NCBI GenBank assembly: GCA_027593235.1
Contig: JAQCIU010000014.1
Coordinates: 12,581 to 76,580 of the forward strand
Source: Chloroflexota bacterium
Lineage (GTDB): Bacteria > Chloroflexota > Dehalococcoidia > UBA2979
Direction: 5' to 3'
Length of the DNA stretch: 64,000 bases
The translations under genes and the position numbers were made by a program. The notes under the pieces are model-generated. The model was given only the letters and a program-made list of their open reading frames with translations, searched no databases and was not told the origin of the DNA. Shown here piece after piece: positions 18,165 to 31,442 of the stretch (position 1 is its first letter; the number at the start of each line of letters is the position of its first letter).

Positions 18165-19031
18165 TCAGCCCGCCGGGCATTCCGCTGCCAGTAGACGTGC
18201 GTGACCCTGAGCGAGCCGCACGGTGAGCGGCCCGGGTGCCGCGCCGGACCAGCACTGCCGACCGTCCGCCCGGATCGCCGTGACTGGGTATGCGCCGGCG
18301 ATGCTACTGGACGTGAAGACCTCGGTGGCGCGCACGAACGCGTCGAGGGTGAGCGTCCGCTCCGCGGTGGGGATGCCCTCGGAGGCGGCGATCTCGAGGA
18401 ACGCGTCGCGTGTCACGCCGGGGACCGGGCCGTCCGCGAGCGGCGGGGTCACGAGGACGCCATCGATCACCGCGAAGATGTTGGCGGTCGCCGCTTCGCA
18501 GACGTCACCGCGGGTATTGAGCAGCAACGCGTCGGAGGCGCCGGCAGCACGTGCCTCGGCGCGTGCGATCAGATAGACGAGGTAGTGCGCGTGCTTGGCG
18601 AAGCCGAGCGGGCGCGTCGGATCGACGCGTTGCGAGGCCAGCGCCAGCGTCAGCGGTTGCGGGGCTGGCGCGGTCAGGTCGAGCGGATCGGCGACAACGA
18701 TCACCGAGGGCGATCGGGCAAGCCCGAGGTCCGGCCCGTTGAGGATGCCCGGGCTGACGCTCAGGCGGACGCGTCCCTCGCTGATGCGATTCGCCTCGAG
18801 GGTCTGCGCCACCGCCGCGGCGAGTTCGCCGTCGGATGGCGCGGGCGTACCGATCGCCTCGAGGCCGGCGCGGAGCCGTGCGAGATGCCCGCCAAGGCGG
18901 AAGATCCGCCCGTTCGAGGCGCGCATGCTCTCGAAGCAGGCGATGCCGTAGCGGACGGCGGCGTCGTCGATCGAGACCGTCGCCTCGGTGCGCGGGACCA
19001 GCGCGCCATCGACGTAGGCGAGCGCGGTCAC
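18165..19031 (-). CDS. class IV aminotransferase / aminodeoxychorismate lyase (PabC/IlvE family)
   Basis: YG..FESMR, HLARL, PLP Lys in FAKH, EAATANIF, PGVTR; overlaps the pabB stop. Confidence 0.85.
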   Translation of the reverse strand: MTALAYVDGALVPRTEATVSIDDAAVRYGIACFESMRASNGRIFRLGGHLARLRAGLEAIGTPAPSDGELAAAVAQTLEANRISEGRVRLSVSPGILNGPDLGLARSPSVIVVADPLDLTAPAPQPLTLALASQRVDPTRPLGFAKHAHYLVYLIARAEARAAGASDALLLNTRGDVCEAATANIFAVIDGVLVTPPLADGPVPGVTRDAFLEIAASEGIPTAERTLTLDAFVRATEVFTSSSIAGAYPVTAIRADGRQCWSGAAPGPLTVRLAQGHARLLAAECPAG

Positions 19032-20578
19032 GGCGCCGGCCGGCGCGCGCCTCGAGGCGAAACGCGCTCCGGGGTGGCCGGCACCTCGGAATCGGCTGGT
19101 ACCTCGGATGCCTCGTCCGGCAGCGCGACGCCGAGGGCGCGTGCCATTCCGCGCGCCTTGTCGAGCGTCTCCGTGTACTCAGACTCGGCCTCGGAGTCGT
19201 GCACGATCGCTCCACCGACATGGAGGTGTGCGACGCCGTCGGCGAGGGTGAGCGTGCGAATCGCGATATTCAGATCGAGACGCCCGTGCGCCGAGACATA
19301 GCCGATCGACCCGGTATAGACGCCGCGGACAGTCGGCTCGAGTTCGTCGATGATCTCCAGCGCGCGAATCTTCGGCGCGCCGGTAATCGAACCGCCGGGG
19401 AACGTCGCGCGCAGCAGCGCCTCCAGGCCGACGCCACCTCGCCGCTCCGCCGTCACCGTCGAGGTCAGGTGGTGCACCTGGCGGTACGACTCCAGCCGCG
19501 CCAGCTCCGGCACCGCGACGCTCCCGGTGCGCGCGACGCGCCCCAGGTCGTTGCGTTCGAGGTCAACGATCATCACGTGCTCGGCGCGATCCTTGCTGCT
19601 CGCAAGCAGCTCCGCCGCGAGCGCGCGATCAGCGGCCTCGGTCGCTCCACGCGGTCGCGTGCCTTTGATCGGCCGCGTCTCCAGGTAGGAACCGTCGGCG
19701 AGCAAGAAGCGCTCCGGCGAGGATGACAGGATCTCCACACCAGAGAGTTCGTCGCGGAGATCGAGGTACGCGGAAAATGGCGCGGGGCTTACCCGGCGCA
19801 GCGTCCCGTAGAGATCAAACCCACTGTCCGAGCACAGCGTGGAGAACCGCTGCGACAGGTTCACCTGGTAGATGTCGCCGGCCTCGATGTAGCGCCGCGC
19901 GCGATCGACACCGGCGAGGTAGCGCTCCCGGCTCATATTCGCGCGGAGCGGCGTCCGCCCGCTGGAGGGCGGCGCGGTCGCCGCGCGGTCCCGGCCGAGC
20001 GCGAGGTTGGCGCGCAAGCGCACGACCGCGTCCGGGCGTCCGACCAGCCACGCCCGACCGTGCTGGCAGTCCTCGACGACCGCCGCGTCGTACCAGCCGA
20101 ACGCGAGGTCCGGCGCGCCAACGTCGTCGATTGTGGTGGCGGGCAATAACTCAATCTCGCGCCCCAACTCGAATCCGAGATAGCCGATCGCGCCGCCGGC
20201 GAACGGCAGCGCGACCGCGTCCTGAGCTGTGAAGTCGGGGGCCGAAGAGTCCGGGGCCGAGGAGTCGAGGGCGCCCTCGGGTGGGTCGCCGGGCACGAGC
20301 GGCGGCAGAGACGACGGCTCCGCCTCGATCAGCGCGGCCAGCGCGGCGAGTGCACCGGGCGCAAGGCGCTGCGGCCCTGCCGGGCCGCTGAGCAGGACGT
20401 CCTCGCCGTATGCGACCAGGCGCCAACGCGGATCGCTGGCGACGATCGACCAGCGCCCGCGCGGCGCGGTGGTGTCGGACGAGTCGATCCAGACGAGGCC
20501 CGAACGGTCGCGCAGCAGCGCTGCCGCGTCCGCGGCGCTCCCCTGCCAGCTCTCGATCGTGGGCTCACTGAGGCCCAT
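19028..20578 (-). CDS. pabB: aminodeoxychorismate synthase component I
   Basis: GDIYQVNLSQ, PFSAY, SSSPERF, TRPIKGTRPRG, AEHVMIVDLERNDLG, FPGGSITGAPK. Confidence 0.88.
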   Translation of the reverse strand: MGLSEPTIESWQGSAADAAALLRDRSGLVWIDSSDTTAPRGRWSIVASDPRWRLVAYGEDVLLSGPAGPQRLAPGALAALAALIEAEPSSLPPLVPGDPPEGALDSSAPDSSAPDFTAQDAVALPFAGGAIGYLGFELGREIELLPATTIDDVGAPDLAFGWYDAAVVEDCQHGRAWLVGRPDAVVRLRANLALGRDRAATAPPSSGRTPLRANMSRERYLAGVDRARRYIEAGDIYQVNLSQRFSTLCSDSGFDLYGTLRRVSPAPFSAYLDLRDELSGVEILSSSPERFLLADGSYLETRPIKGTRPRGATEAADRALAAELLASSKDRAEHVMIVDLERNDLGRVARTGSVAVPELARLESYRQVHHLTSTVTAERRGGVGLEALLRATFPGGSITGAPKIRALEIIDELEPTVRGVYTGSIGYVSAHGRLDLNIAIRTLTLADGVAHLHVGGAIVHDSEAESEYTETLDKARGMARALGVALPDEASEVPADSEVPATPERVSPRGARRPAP

Positions 20579-20652
20579 GCACGCCTCGATCTGGTCGCGC
20601 TGGTGACGATCCGATTCTAGGCCCTCAGCCACGGCTGGCCTACGCTGGAGCG

Positions 20653-21078
20653 ATGTCCCGACACCAGCTCCTCTCCCTGCTTAACGTCGCGCTGTCGCTC
20701 GCCATCCTCGGCATCCTGATCGCGGTGCTGGTGCCGGCCGAGTGGCTCGGTAGCGCCAACGCTCCGCTGCGCCGGGTCTCGGAACGCGAGTCGTGGCTGA
20801 TCCACGGCACGCTCTTCGCGAGCTTGAGCGGGGTCGTCGGGCTGCGATTGCTGGCGGCAGCGCCGTCGCAGTTCACGCGTGGCTGGATCCTGCTGGCGGT
20901 CGTGCTGATCGCGGCCCTCGCCACTGGCACCGAGCTGGCACAGCTTCGTGTCCACGGTCGCGACGCGACCCCCGGCGACTGGCTGGCGGATCTGACCGGC
21001 ATGTGGCTCGGCCTCGGCACCGCCGCGCTGATCGGCCCGACCCTGATCGCGTGGCTGACCAGCGAACCAGCACGCTAG
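20653..21078 (+). CDS. VanZ-like membrane protein
   Basis: TM helices with HG..F and ELAQL..GRDA..DWLADLTG motifs. Confidence 0.75.
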   Translation: MSRHQLLSLLNVALSLAILGILIAVLVPAEWLGSANAPLRRVSERESWLIHGTLFASLSGVVGLRLLAAAPSQFTRGWILLAVVLIAALATGTELAQLRVHGRDATPGDWLADLTGMWLGLGTAALIGPTLIAWLTSEPAR

Positions 21079-21134
21079 ACACTCCCGAGGCGCCAGTGCC
21101 GCGCCCCCCGTTGGCGGGGGATTCAGCGCGGGAC

Positions 21135-21869
21135 TCAGCGCGAGGCGTACACGCGCATGCCATAGTCGTTGTAGCGCCGATCGGGATCGAGCGAGGAGCG
21201 CGCGCTGATCCGCGAGACCTTCACACGGTGCCGCCACGAGCCACCTCGCGAGGCGCGCCGCGCACCCTCCGGTACGCCGGCCGGGTCCACCGCGGGCAGT
21301 CCCGCGTACCCGTCCTTCGCGTACCAATCGCTGCACCATTCGTGGACGCTGTCGCCCATGTGGAGGAGGCCAAAGCCGTTTGGTGGCGACGAGCCGATCC
21401 TCGGTGGCCGGTCCATACCCGCCGCTCCGGGCGCGTACGCGCCCTCAATCCAGGGCTCGTCTCCCCACGGATAGAGCGCGTCCAGCAGGTCCCCGCGCGC
21501 CGCGAACTCTCGTTCCGCCTCGGTGGGGAGCCGGCACTCCTGCGTGACGACCTCACTAAGCCAGGCAGAGTAGGCGAGCGCGTCGTGCCAGTTCACGCCA
21601 ACGACCGGCTGGTCCGGCTGGTTGAATCGATCATCCTCGAGGAATGGCAGTGGCTCGTGGCCGGTTGCTTCGCGGAACGCCTCGAACTCGCGATTGGAGA
21701 CCGGGGTCAACGCAACGGCGAAGGGTGCGACGCGGACCTCGCGAACCGGGCCTTCGTCGGCGCGCAGCGTGGAGCCCATACAGAAGGCGCCACCGGCCAA
21801 TTCGACGAACGGCGTGGCGACGGGCCCATCGGCCAATAGACGGGTGATTCGCGCGTCTGGGGACATCAT
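21135..21869 (-). CDS. FGE-sulfatase (SUMF1/EgtB/PvdO) domain protein
   Basis: FCMGS, PVVGVNWHDA, RLPTEAEREFAARG, NGFGLLHM..EWCSDWY, RGGSW. Confidence 0.85.
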   Translation of the reverse strand: MMSPDARITRLLADGPVATPFVELAGGAFCMGSTLRADEGPVREVRVAPFAVALTPVSNREFEAFREATGHEPLPFLEDDRFNQPDQPVVGVNWHDALAYSAWLSEVVTQECRLPTEAEREFAARGDLLDALYPWGDEPWIEGAYAPGAAGMDRPPRIGSSPPNGFGLLHMGDSVHEWCSDWYAKDGYAGLPAVDPAGVPEGARRASRGGSWRHRVKVSRISARSSLDPDRRYNDYGMRVYASR

Positions 21870-22022
21870 GCGTGATGCTATCAGCGACTGGCGCGTCGCT
21901 TCATAGGTGAATCGCGATTGCACCCATCGGATCGCTCGATATCCTTGAAGAATCTGGCTCCACCGGGTCGTCCACCCCGTCGGTCTACCCCGGCCGCTGT
22001 GGCGCACGCCAAAGGAGACGCC

Positions 22023-22682
22023 GTGCCGTTGGAAATCCCAGAAGTCGTCATTGACCGCCTCCCGGTGTACTTCCGCTTGCTCTCTCGTATCGCCGAGGAG
22101 GGCCGCACCGTGATCTCCTCGCAGGAGCTGGGCGACGAGCTGGATGTCACGCCGGCACAGATCCGCAAAGACCTGTCCTACTTCGGTCGCTTCGGCAAGC
22201 AGGGTCGCGGCTACTCGGTGCAGCGATTGCTCGAGGAGCTGCGCCTGATCCTGGGACTCGACCGTCGTTGGACCGTCGTCGTTGTCGGCATCGGCCGGCT
22301 CGGCCGGGCGGTCGCCTCCTACCCCGGGTTCCAGGGACAGGGCTTCGACATCGCCGGGCGCTACGACGCGGACCCGGAGCTGATCGGGACCGACGTGGAC
22401 GGCGACACGGTCCGCGATGTGAAGCAGCTTGAGGAAGACTTGCGACGTACCCCGGCCGACATCGGCATCGTCACCGTCACCGCGCAGCACGCGCAGCAGG
22501 TGGTGGACGTACTGACCCGCGGCGGTGTCCGCGCGATTCTCAACTACACCCCGGCGCGCGTACAGGTGCCGGAGCGGGTCGAACTGAAGAACATCAACCC
22601 CGTCCTCTTCCTCCAGAGCATGACCTATCACCTGAAGCGGCGCGCCGCCGCTCGCGAGGACATGCGCGGCGCCGACGCCTGA
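22023..22682 (+). CDS. rex: redox-sensing transcriptional repressor Rex
   Basis: RLPVYFR, QIRKDLSYFGRFGKQGRGY, GIGRLG, ILNYTP; GTG after AAGGAG. Confidence 0.95.
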   Translation: MPLEIPEVVIDRLPVYFRLLSRIAEEGRTVISSQELGDELDVTPAQIRKDLSYFGRFGKQGRGYSVQRLLEELRLILGLDRRWTVVVVGIGRLGRAVASYPGFQGQGFDIAGRYDADPELIGTDVDGDTVRDVKQLEEDLRRTPADIGIVTVTAQHAQQVVDVLTRGGVRAILNYTPARVQVPERVELKNINPVLFLQSMTYHLKRRAAAREDMRGADA

Positions 22683-22701
22683 TCGCCGGGGTCGGACGGC
22701 G

Positions 22702-23739
22702 CTAGCGGCCCTCGCTAATCAGCGACTCTTCCTCGGTTGGGAGCGCACGCTCGATCACCTCGATGTAGTCGAGCGCGGCGCCGGCGCCCTGCGCGATGCA
22801 GGTGAGCGGCTCGTCCGCCACATGTACCGGCACGCCGGTCTCGTAGCGCAGCAGCTCGTCCAAGCGGCGCAGCATCGCGCCGCCACCGGTCAGCACGATC
22901 CCGCGATCGATCACGTCGGACGCCAGCTCCGGAGGTGTGCGCTCCAGCACGCGCCGCACCGTCTGGACGATCATCGCGAGCTGATCCTGGATCGCGTGCG
23001 TCACCTCGTTCGCCGAAACGGTGATCGTCCGAGGCAGTCCGGTGATCTGATCGCGGCCGCGCACCTGCGCGACAGCGTCGTTGTGGTCATCCGGCAACGC
23101 CGAGCCGATCGCGATCTTCAGCTCCTCGGCGGTGCGTTCACCGATCAGCAGGTTGTGGCGGCGCTTCACGTGCTGCGCGATCTCGTCGTCGAAGCGGTCG
23201 CCGGCGACGCGCACCGATTCGCTGGCGACGATGCCGAACATCGAGATCACCGCCGCCTCGGTCCGACCGCCGCCAATGTCCACCACCATGTGGCCGCGCG
23301 CCGAGCCGACCGGGATCTGCGCGCCGATCGCCGCCGCGAGCGGTTCGGGGATCAGGTGCGCCGGACGGCGCGCGCCCGCGGCCTCGGCGGCATCGCGCAC
23401 GGCGCGGCGTTCGACGCCCGTCACGCCCACGGGAACGCAGATCATCACCTCGGGACGGATCGGGTTGAAGCGCCCGACGACGCTGGTGATGAAGTAGCGG
23501 AGCATTGCCTCGGTGATCAGGTAGTCGGCGATCACGCCGTCACGCATTGGGCGGATGACCTGGATCGTGCCGGGGTGCCGGCCGATCATGCCTCGCGCCT
23601 CGTCGCCCACGGCGACCACGGTGTTGTCGCGCTCGGTGATCGCCACCACGGCGGGCTCGTCGAGCACGATGCCGCGTCCGCGCTCGTACACGAGCACGTT
23701 GGCCGTTCCAAGGTCGATGCCGATCCGTTTCGCGAACAT
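22702..23739 (-). CDS. mreB: rod shape-determining protein MreB/Mbl
   Basis: [30 protein letters not shown]. Confidence 0.93.
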   Translation of the reverse strand: MFAKRIGIDLGTANVLVYERGRGIVLDEPAVVAITERDNTVVAVGDEARGMIGRHPGTIQVIRPMRDGVIADYLITEAMLRYFITSVVGRFNPIRPEVMICVPVGVTGVERRAVRDAAEAAGARRPAHLIPEPLAAAIGAQIPVGSARGHMVVDIGGGRTEAAVISMFGIVASESVRVAGDRFDDEIAQHVKRRHNLLIGERTAEELKIAIGSALPDDHNDAVAQVRGRDQITGLPRTITVSANEVTHAIQDQLAMIVQTVRRVLERTPPELASDVIDRGIVLTGGGAMLRRLDELLRYETGVPVHVADEPLTCIAQGAGAALDYIEVIERALPTEEESLISEGR

Positions 23740-23859
23740 CTCTCACCGCCGGCGTCGTGCGCCGTGGTCCTTCTACCGCTGTACCGCAATCAAAGCTGGG
23801 GTGGCCTCAGGGTAGCGCCTCGCCGGTGCGCTCGCATCGAGGGCGCGGTCCGACGCCGC

Positions 23860-25113
23860 TCAGGCGCGCGACACGTCCGCTCCGAGGGCGCAGAGCCGCT
23901 CCGCGAGGTGGGCGTAGCCGCGATCGAGGTGCTCGATGCCACCGACCGAGGTCTCGCCATCCGCCGCAAGCCCGGCGATCACCACCGCGGCGCCGGCGCG
24001 GATATCGAGGGCGCGCACTGCCGCGCCGTTGAGCCGTCCGCCGCCTTCGACGATCACCGTCTGCCCGCCGGTGATGATCTTCGCGCCCAGCGTGCGCAGT
24101 TCGCCGACGTACAACGTGCGGTTGTCGAAGACCCGCTCGTGGATCGTGGAGACGCCGGGCACCTGCGTCAGCGCGGCGGCCATCGGCGCGTGCAGGTCGG
24201 TCGGGAAGCCGGGGTAGGGCACGGCCTGCACCTGGACCGGCCGCAGCTTGCGGGGACAGGAGACGCGGACACCGCGGCCCTCGATCGTCTCCACCTTGGC
24301 ATCCAGTTCGTGGAACTTCGCGATCAGCGAATCGAGCGCGGCCGGATCGGCGTTGGTGACGTGCAGATCGCCGCCGGTCGCGAGCCCCGCGAGGAGGTAC
24401 GTACCGGCCTCGATACGATCGGGGATCACCTCGAAGTCGGTGCCGTGCATCCGCTCGACACCCTCGATGGTCATGATCGCGGTGCCGTGGCCGGTGATCC
24501 GCGCGCCCATCGAGTTGAGCATCGCGGCGGCCATCTCCACCTCCGGCTCCGCGGCGGCGTTGACGATCGTCGTCGTGCCCTCCGCGAGCGCGGCGGCGAA
24601 CATCACGTTCACCGTCCCGAGGACGGAGGGATAGTCGAGGAAGATGCGCGCGCCCGTGAGCTTGGGGGCGCGGGCGACCCACTCTGCGCCGGAGCGGCTC
24701 ACCTCGGCGCCCAGCGCGCGGAAACCGGCCAGGTGTACATCCAGCGGTCGTACGCCGATCACGTCGCCGCCAGGCGACGCACAAGCGGCCTCGCCGGCCC
24801 TCGCGAGCACCGGGCCCATCACGAGGAAGGAGGCGCGCAGCGCCATCACCAGCGCGGTCGGCGGCGCGGTCGCGGTGAACTCTCGTGCCTGGATGTAGAC
24901 GGTCGTCCCGTCGACCTCGACCTCCGCCCCCAGTGCGCGGCAGACGTCAGCCATCTCGCCGATGTCGGCGATCTCGGGAACGTTGCGAATGGTGACGGGG
25001 TCAGCTGAGAGGAGGCCAGCGGCAAGGGTGTATAGCGCGGCGTTCTTGGATCCGGAGACGGCAACTTCGCCCTTAAGGGGCCGGCCACCGCGAATGACGA
25101 AGCGCTCACTCAT
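23860..25113 (-). CDS. murA: UDP-N-acetylglucosamine 1-carboxyvinyltransferase
   Basis: GSKNAA, LRASFLVMGP, PGGDVIG.RP, PDRIEAGT, YPGFPTD, HLDRGY. Confidence 0.95.
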   Translation of the reverse strand: MSERFVIRGGRPLKGEVAVSGSKNAALYTLAAGLLSADPVTIRNVPEIADIGEMADVCRALGAEVEVDGTTVYIQAREFTATAPPTALVMALRASFLVMGPVLARAGEAACASPGGDVIGVRPLDVHLAGFRALGAEVSRSGAEWVARAPKLTGARIFLDYPSVLGTVNVMFAAALAEGTTTIVNAAAEPEVEMAAAMLNSMGARITGHGTAIMTIEGVERMHGTDFEVIPDRIEAGTYLLAGLATGGDLHVTNADPAALDSLIAKFHELDAKVETIEGRGVRVSCPRKLRPVQVQAVPYPGFPTDLHAPMAAALTQVPGVSTIHERVFDNRTLYVGELRTLGAKIITGGQTVIVEGGGRLNGAAVRALDIRAGAAVVIAGLAADGETSVGGIEHLDRGYAHLAERLCALGADVSRA

Positions 25114-25207
25114 CAACTGAACGATACCTGCGGTCCCGGTCGCACGCGAGAACTCAGCTCACCGGCGGCCTACCGAGGACTGACGGGGCGAGGTCCGAGG
25201 ACGGCGG

Positions 25208-25657
25208 TTAGTTGGAGCGGACGGTCGGCGCGCCGGAACCGTGCTTACGACGGCGAACCTTCATCCGCAGTAGCGCCCGCTGTACGGAGAGCTGAGCGCG
25301 GAGCAGGTCGAACTGCCCCTCGCCCAATTCCTGGGTGCGACCGGCGAGACGCGTCTCTGCCCGCTTGCGGGCTTCGTCCGCGCGATCCTCGTTGATGTCG
25401 TCGGCATGCTCGGCCGCGTCGGCCAGCACGGTGACTTCGTCGTGCGCGACCTGTAGGAAGCCGCCGTGAATCGCGATCGGCTCGACGCCGCTCGGGGTGT
25501 ACGCCAGCATCTCGCCGAGGCCGAGGCCGACCATCAGCGCCGCGTGGCTCGGGAGGATGGTGAGCTGGCCGTCCGAACCGGGTACGACCAGGCGCGTCAC
25601 ATCGTCCCGTTCCAGGACGGTGCGGTCAGCGGTGACGATCGACAGCGTGAGCGGCAT
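25208..25657 (-). CDS. atpC: ATP synthase epsilon subunit
   Basis: G..GQLTILPSHA, GGFLQV, last gene of the atp operon. Confidence 0.93.
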   Translation of the reverse strand: MPLTLSIVTADRTVLERDDVTRLVVPGSDGQLTILPSHAALMVGLGLGEMLAYTPSGVEPIAIHGGFLQVAHDEVTVLADAAEHADDINEDRADEARKRAETRLAGRTQELGEGQFDLLRAQLSVQRALLRMKVRRRKHGSGAPTVRSN

Positions 25658-25765
25658 GGTGATGATCCCGTCGCGTCGCGACTACTGCTACTTCCGAATC
25701 CCGTCGCTACGCGACGAGTGACCGAACCTGCCGGACGGCAACTACTGCCGCCCGGGCGTCTTTGC

Positions 25766-28082
<2,317 letters not shown>

Positions 28083-28126
28083 AGCTGGCCCCGCTCCCCT
28101 GTGCTTTCAGTTGCCTCGACGCGCGC

Positions 28127-29656
28127 CTAGTAGGCGACGCTGCCGAGGAATTCCTCAATCGCGCTCTTCAACGAAGCCTCGGTGGCCTCGTCCAGATCGC
28201 CCGTCGACATGATGGTTTCCAGGATCCCGGAGTGGTTGGCCGCCATGAATTCGTGGAAGGCCTTCTCCAGGTCCAGCACCTTCTCCACCGGCACCTTGTC
28301 CAGGTGGCCGCGGACGCCCATGTAGAGCACCGTGACCTGCTGGGCCAGCGTCAGCGGCTGGTACTGCGGCTGCTTCAGCAGCTCGGTCAGGCGCGCACCT
28401 CGGGTGAGCTGGAGCCGCGTCGAGGCGTCCAGGTCGTCCGTGCCGAACTGCGCGAAGGCCTGCAACTCGCGGTACTGCGAGAGGTCCAGGCGCAGGGTGC
28501 CGGCCACCTTCTTCATCGCCTTGGTCTGCGCGTCACCACCCACGCGGGACACCGAGATGCCCGGGTTGGTGGCCGGTCGCTGACCGGAGTTGAAGAGGTC
28601 CAATTCCAGGAATATCTGGCCGTCGGTAATCGAGATGACGTTGGTCGGGATGTAGGCGGACACGTCGCCGGCCTGCGTCTCGATAATCGGCAGCGCCGTA
28701 ATCGATCCGCCGCCCAGCTCCTCGGTGACGCGCGCGGCGCGCTCCAGGAGACGGGAGTGCAGGTAGAAGACGTCGCCGGGGTACGCCTCGCGTCCCGGGG
28801 GGCGCTTCAGCAGCAGCGAGACCTCGCGGTACGCCCAGGCGTGCTTGGAGAGGTCATCGTAGATGACCAGGACGTCCCTGCCCTGGGCCATGAAGTACTC
28901 GGCGATCGCGGCGCCGGCGTAGGGGGCCAGGTACTGCAACGCCGCGGACTCCGCGGCGGAGGCAGTGACCACCACCGTGTGATCCATCGCGCCGTGCTGT
29001 TCGAAGATCGCGACGGTCTGGGCGACCTTCGCGTCCTTCTGGCCGATCGCGACGTAGACGCAGAGCACGTCGCTGTTCTTCTGGTTGATGACGGCGTCGA
29101 CGCCAATCGCGCTCTTACCGATCGAGCGGTCGCCGATGATCAGTTCGCGCTGACCACGGCCAACCGGAATCATCGCGTCGATCGCCTTGATGCCGGTCTG
29201 CAGCGGCTGGTCCACGTGGACGCGGCTGACCACGTCGGGCGCGATGCGCTCCACCGGGTAGCTCTCGGTCGTGTTGATTGGCCCGCGCTCGTCAATCGGG
29301 TCGCCCAGCGCGTTCACGACGCGCCCGATCAGCGCCTCGCCCACCGGCACGGACGCGACCAGGCCCGTCGTGCGGACCTCGTCGCCTTCCTTCACCGCGG
29401 CGTAGTCACCGAGGATGATCGCGCCGACCGTCTCTTCTTCGAGGTTCAGCGCCAGTCCACGAATCGGCCGCCCTTCGAGGTCGGTCGAGCTGAACTCGAG
29501 CAGCTCCGAGGACATGCACTCGCCGAGACCGTGAATCTGCGCGATGCCGTCTCCGGCAACGATCACGGTGCCAACGTTCGCTTCGACCGCTTCCGCGTCA
29601 AAGCCCTCGATTTGCTGCTTCAGGATCGAAGCGATCTCTTCAGCTCGAACTACCAT
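28127..29656 (-). CDS. atpA: ATP synthase alpha subunit
   Basis: [36 protein letters not shown]. Confidence 0.97.
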   Translation of the reverse strand: MVVRAEEIASILKQQIEGFDAEAVEANVGTVIVAGDGIAQIHGLGECMSSELLEFSSTDLEGRPIRGLALNLEEETVGAIILGDYAAVKEGDEVRTTGLVASVPVGEALIGRVVNALGDPIDERGPINTTESYPVERIAPDVVSRVHVDQPLQTGIKAIDAMIPVGRGQRELIIGDRSIGKSAIGVDAVINQKNSDVLCVYVAIGQKDAKVAQTVAIFEQHGAMDHTVVVTASAAESAALQYLAPYAGAAIAEYFMAQGRDVLVIYDDLSKHAWAYREVSLLLKRPPGREAYPGDVFYLHSRLLERAARVTEELGGGSITALPIIETQAGDVSAYIPTNVISITDGQIFLELDLFNSGQRPATNPGISVSRVGGDAQTKAMKKVAGTLRLDLSQYRELQAFAQFGTDDLDASTRLQLTRGARLTELLKQPQYQPLTLAQQVTVLYMGVRGHLDKVPVEKVLDLEKAFHEFMAANHSGILETIMSTGDLDEATEASLKSAIEEFLGSVAY

Positions 29657-29710
29657 CGGAGTCCCCCTGGGGCGCTTCCTTGATGCCGCATACTTGCCGT
29701 CGCGGAGACC

Positions 29711-30256
29711 TTAGCGGGTCACTCGCTCCAGCTCTCGTCTCAAACTGCGCAACCGGGTGCGCGTTGATGCGTCGAATAGCCGGTCGCCGATACGGACGGT
29801 GAGGCCCCCGAGGATCTCGGGGTCCACGATCGTCTCCATCGTGACCTGTTTGCCGGTCTGTGCCGCCAGTTGCCGCTGCACCGCCGCGCGCCGCTCGTCG
29901 TCCAACGGAACAGCCGTACGCACCACGGCGCGCGCGATGTTCCGTTCCTCGTCCAACAGCTCGCGATAGAAGGCAGCCACTGACTGGCCAAGCGACAACC
30001 GCGACTTCCGGCGAAGGAGACGGAACAGGTTGAGCTGCTTCGTCCCGATCCCCGGCTGAGCCTGCTCGACGATCGCGGAGAAGCGATCGTCAGTGAGGCC
30101 GTCCGCCTGCAGTGCGTTGACGAACGCGGGGCGTCCGGTCAGCGCTTCGAGCGTCTCGACGGCGGCAAGCCAGTCGTCGAGCGTCCCGTCCTGGCGCGCA
30201 ATCTCAAGCGCGGCCAGCGCATAGCGTCGTCCTGCGATGTCGCGTGATCCGGCCAA
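29711..30256 (-). CDS. atpH: ATP synthase delta subunit
   Basis: RRYALA, VDPEILGG..GDRLFDAS; position in operon. Confidence 0.92.
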   Translation of the reverse strand: MAGSRDIAGRRYALAALEIARQDGTLDDWLAAVETLEALTGRPAFVNALQADGLTDDRFSAIVEQAQPGIGTKQLNLFRLLRRKSRLSLGQSVAAFYRELLDEERNIARAVVRTAVPLDDERRAAVQRQLAAQTGKQVTMETIVDPEILGGLTVRIGDRLFDASTRTRLRSLRRELERVTR

Positions 30257-30279
30257 CGTCTACTCCCCGTCCGCCGGAA

Positions 30280-30927
30280 TCAGTTGTTGCCGTCCTGGCC
30301 GAAGCGAGCTTCGACCAGTGCCTCGTCAATCAACCGCTGATGTGCATCGCGGTCGATCGCCTGTCCCACCACACGCTCGGCGGCGCGGATCGTCAGGTCA
30401 GCGAATTCAGAACGGAGCTGTTGCACCGCCTGCTCGCGTTCCAGCGCGATCTCCTCGCGAGCGCGGCTCACGATCTGATCGGCTTCGCGCCGTGCCTGCT
30501 GTTCCAGCTCCTCGCGGAGCCGTCCCGCCTGCTCCTGCGCTCGTGCCGTCGCCTCGCGGGCCTCGGCGCGTGCCTCCTCGATGACGCGACGTGCCTCTTC
30601 CTCGCTGGCGGCCGCTTGCGTGGCTGCCTGCTCGGACCGCTGGAGGCCTTCCTCGATGCGGTGCTTCCGCTCGTCGAGGACCTTCAGGATCGGCTTCCAG
30701 AGGAACAGCCGCAGCACGACCAACAAGATCGTGAAGTTGACGAGCTGCGCGACCAAACCGGGTAGGTTCAGACCCAGCGCGGCGATGCCCTCGACCTCTT
30801 CGGTCGCGGACGCGACGCTCGGCACGGCCGCCAGTACGCCGGCAATTGCCAGCGCCTGGAACCGACGCGAACGCAGCCACGTCATGCGTGGGTGCTGCAT
30901 CCCCTGTGGTCGTCTCAATGACCTCAT
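30280..30927 (-). CDS. atpF: ATP synthase b subunit (start could be 30927, 30900 or 30885)
   Basis: QLVNF..L..FLWKPI..LDER followed by coiled coil; GAGGAG upstream of 30927. Confidence 0.9.
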   Translation of the reverse strand: MRSLRRPQGMQHPRMTWLRSRRFQALAIAGVLAAVPSVASATEEVEGIAALGLNLPGLVAQLVNFTILLVVLRLFLWKPILKVLDERKHRIEEGLQRSEQAATQAAASEEEARRVIEEARAEAREATARAQEQAGRLREELEQQARREADQIVSRAREEIALEREQAVQQLRSEFADLTIRAAERVVGQAIDRDAHQRLIDEALVEARFGQDGNN

Positions 30928-31028
30928 GTCGTCTCTCCTCGGTATCGGGTCGCGCGCCCAACCCCCGCCGCCCTGGCGAATGCGCTTCGGGCGCAGGGGC
31001 GGACGCGCTCCCACCGTGAGTGCGAGGC

Positions 31029-31421
<393 letters not shown>

Positions 31422-31442
31422 TCAATCACTTGTTCCCGAGCG

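Noticed and set aside
20230-20270. DSSAP-DSSAP duplication within pabB
   Set aside because: A short in-frame duplication in a variable linker, with no sign of function.
21906-21924. Rex autoregulatory operator (GGTGAATCGCGATTGCACC)
   Set aside because: It is near-palindromic, but GTG-to-CAC spacing is 11 nt rather than the 8 nt of Rex sites, so I could not assign it.
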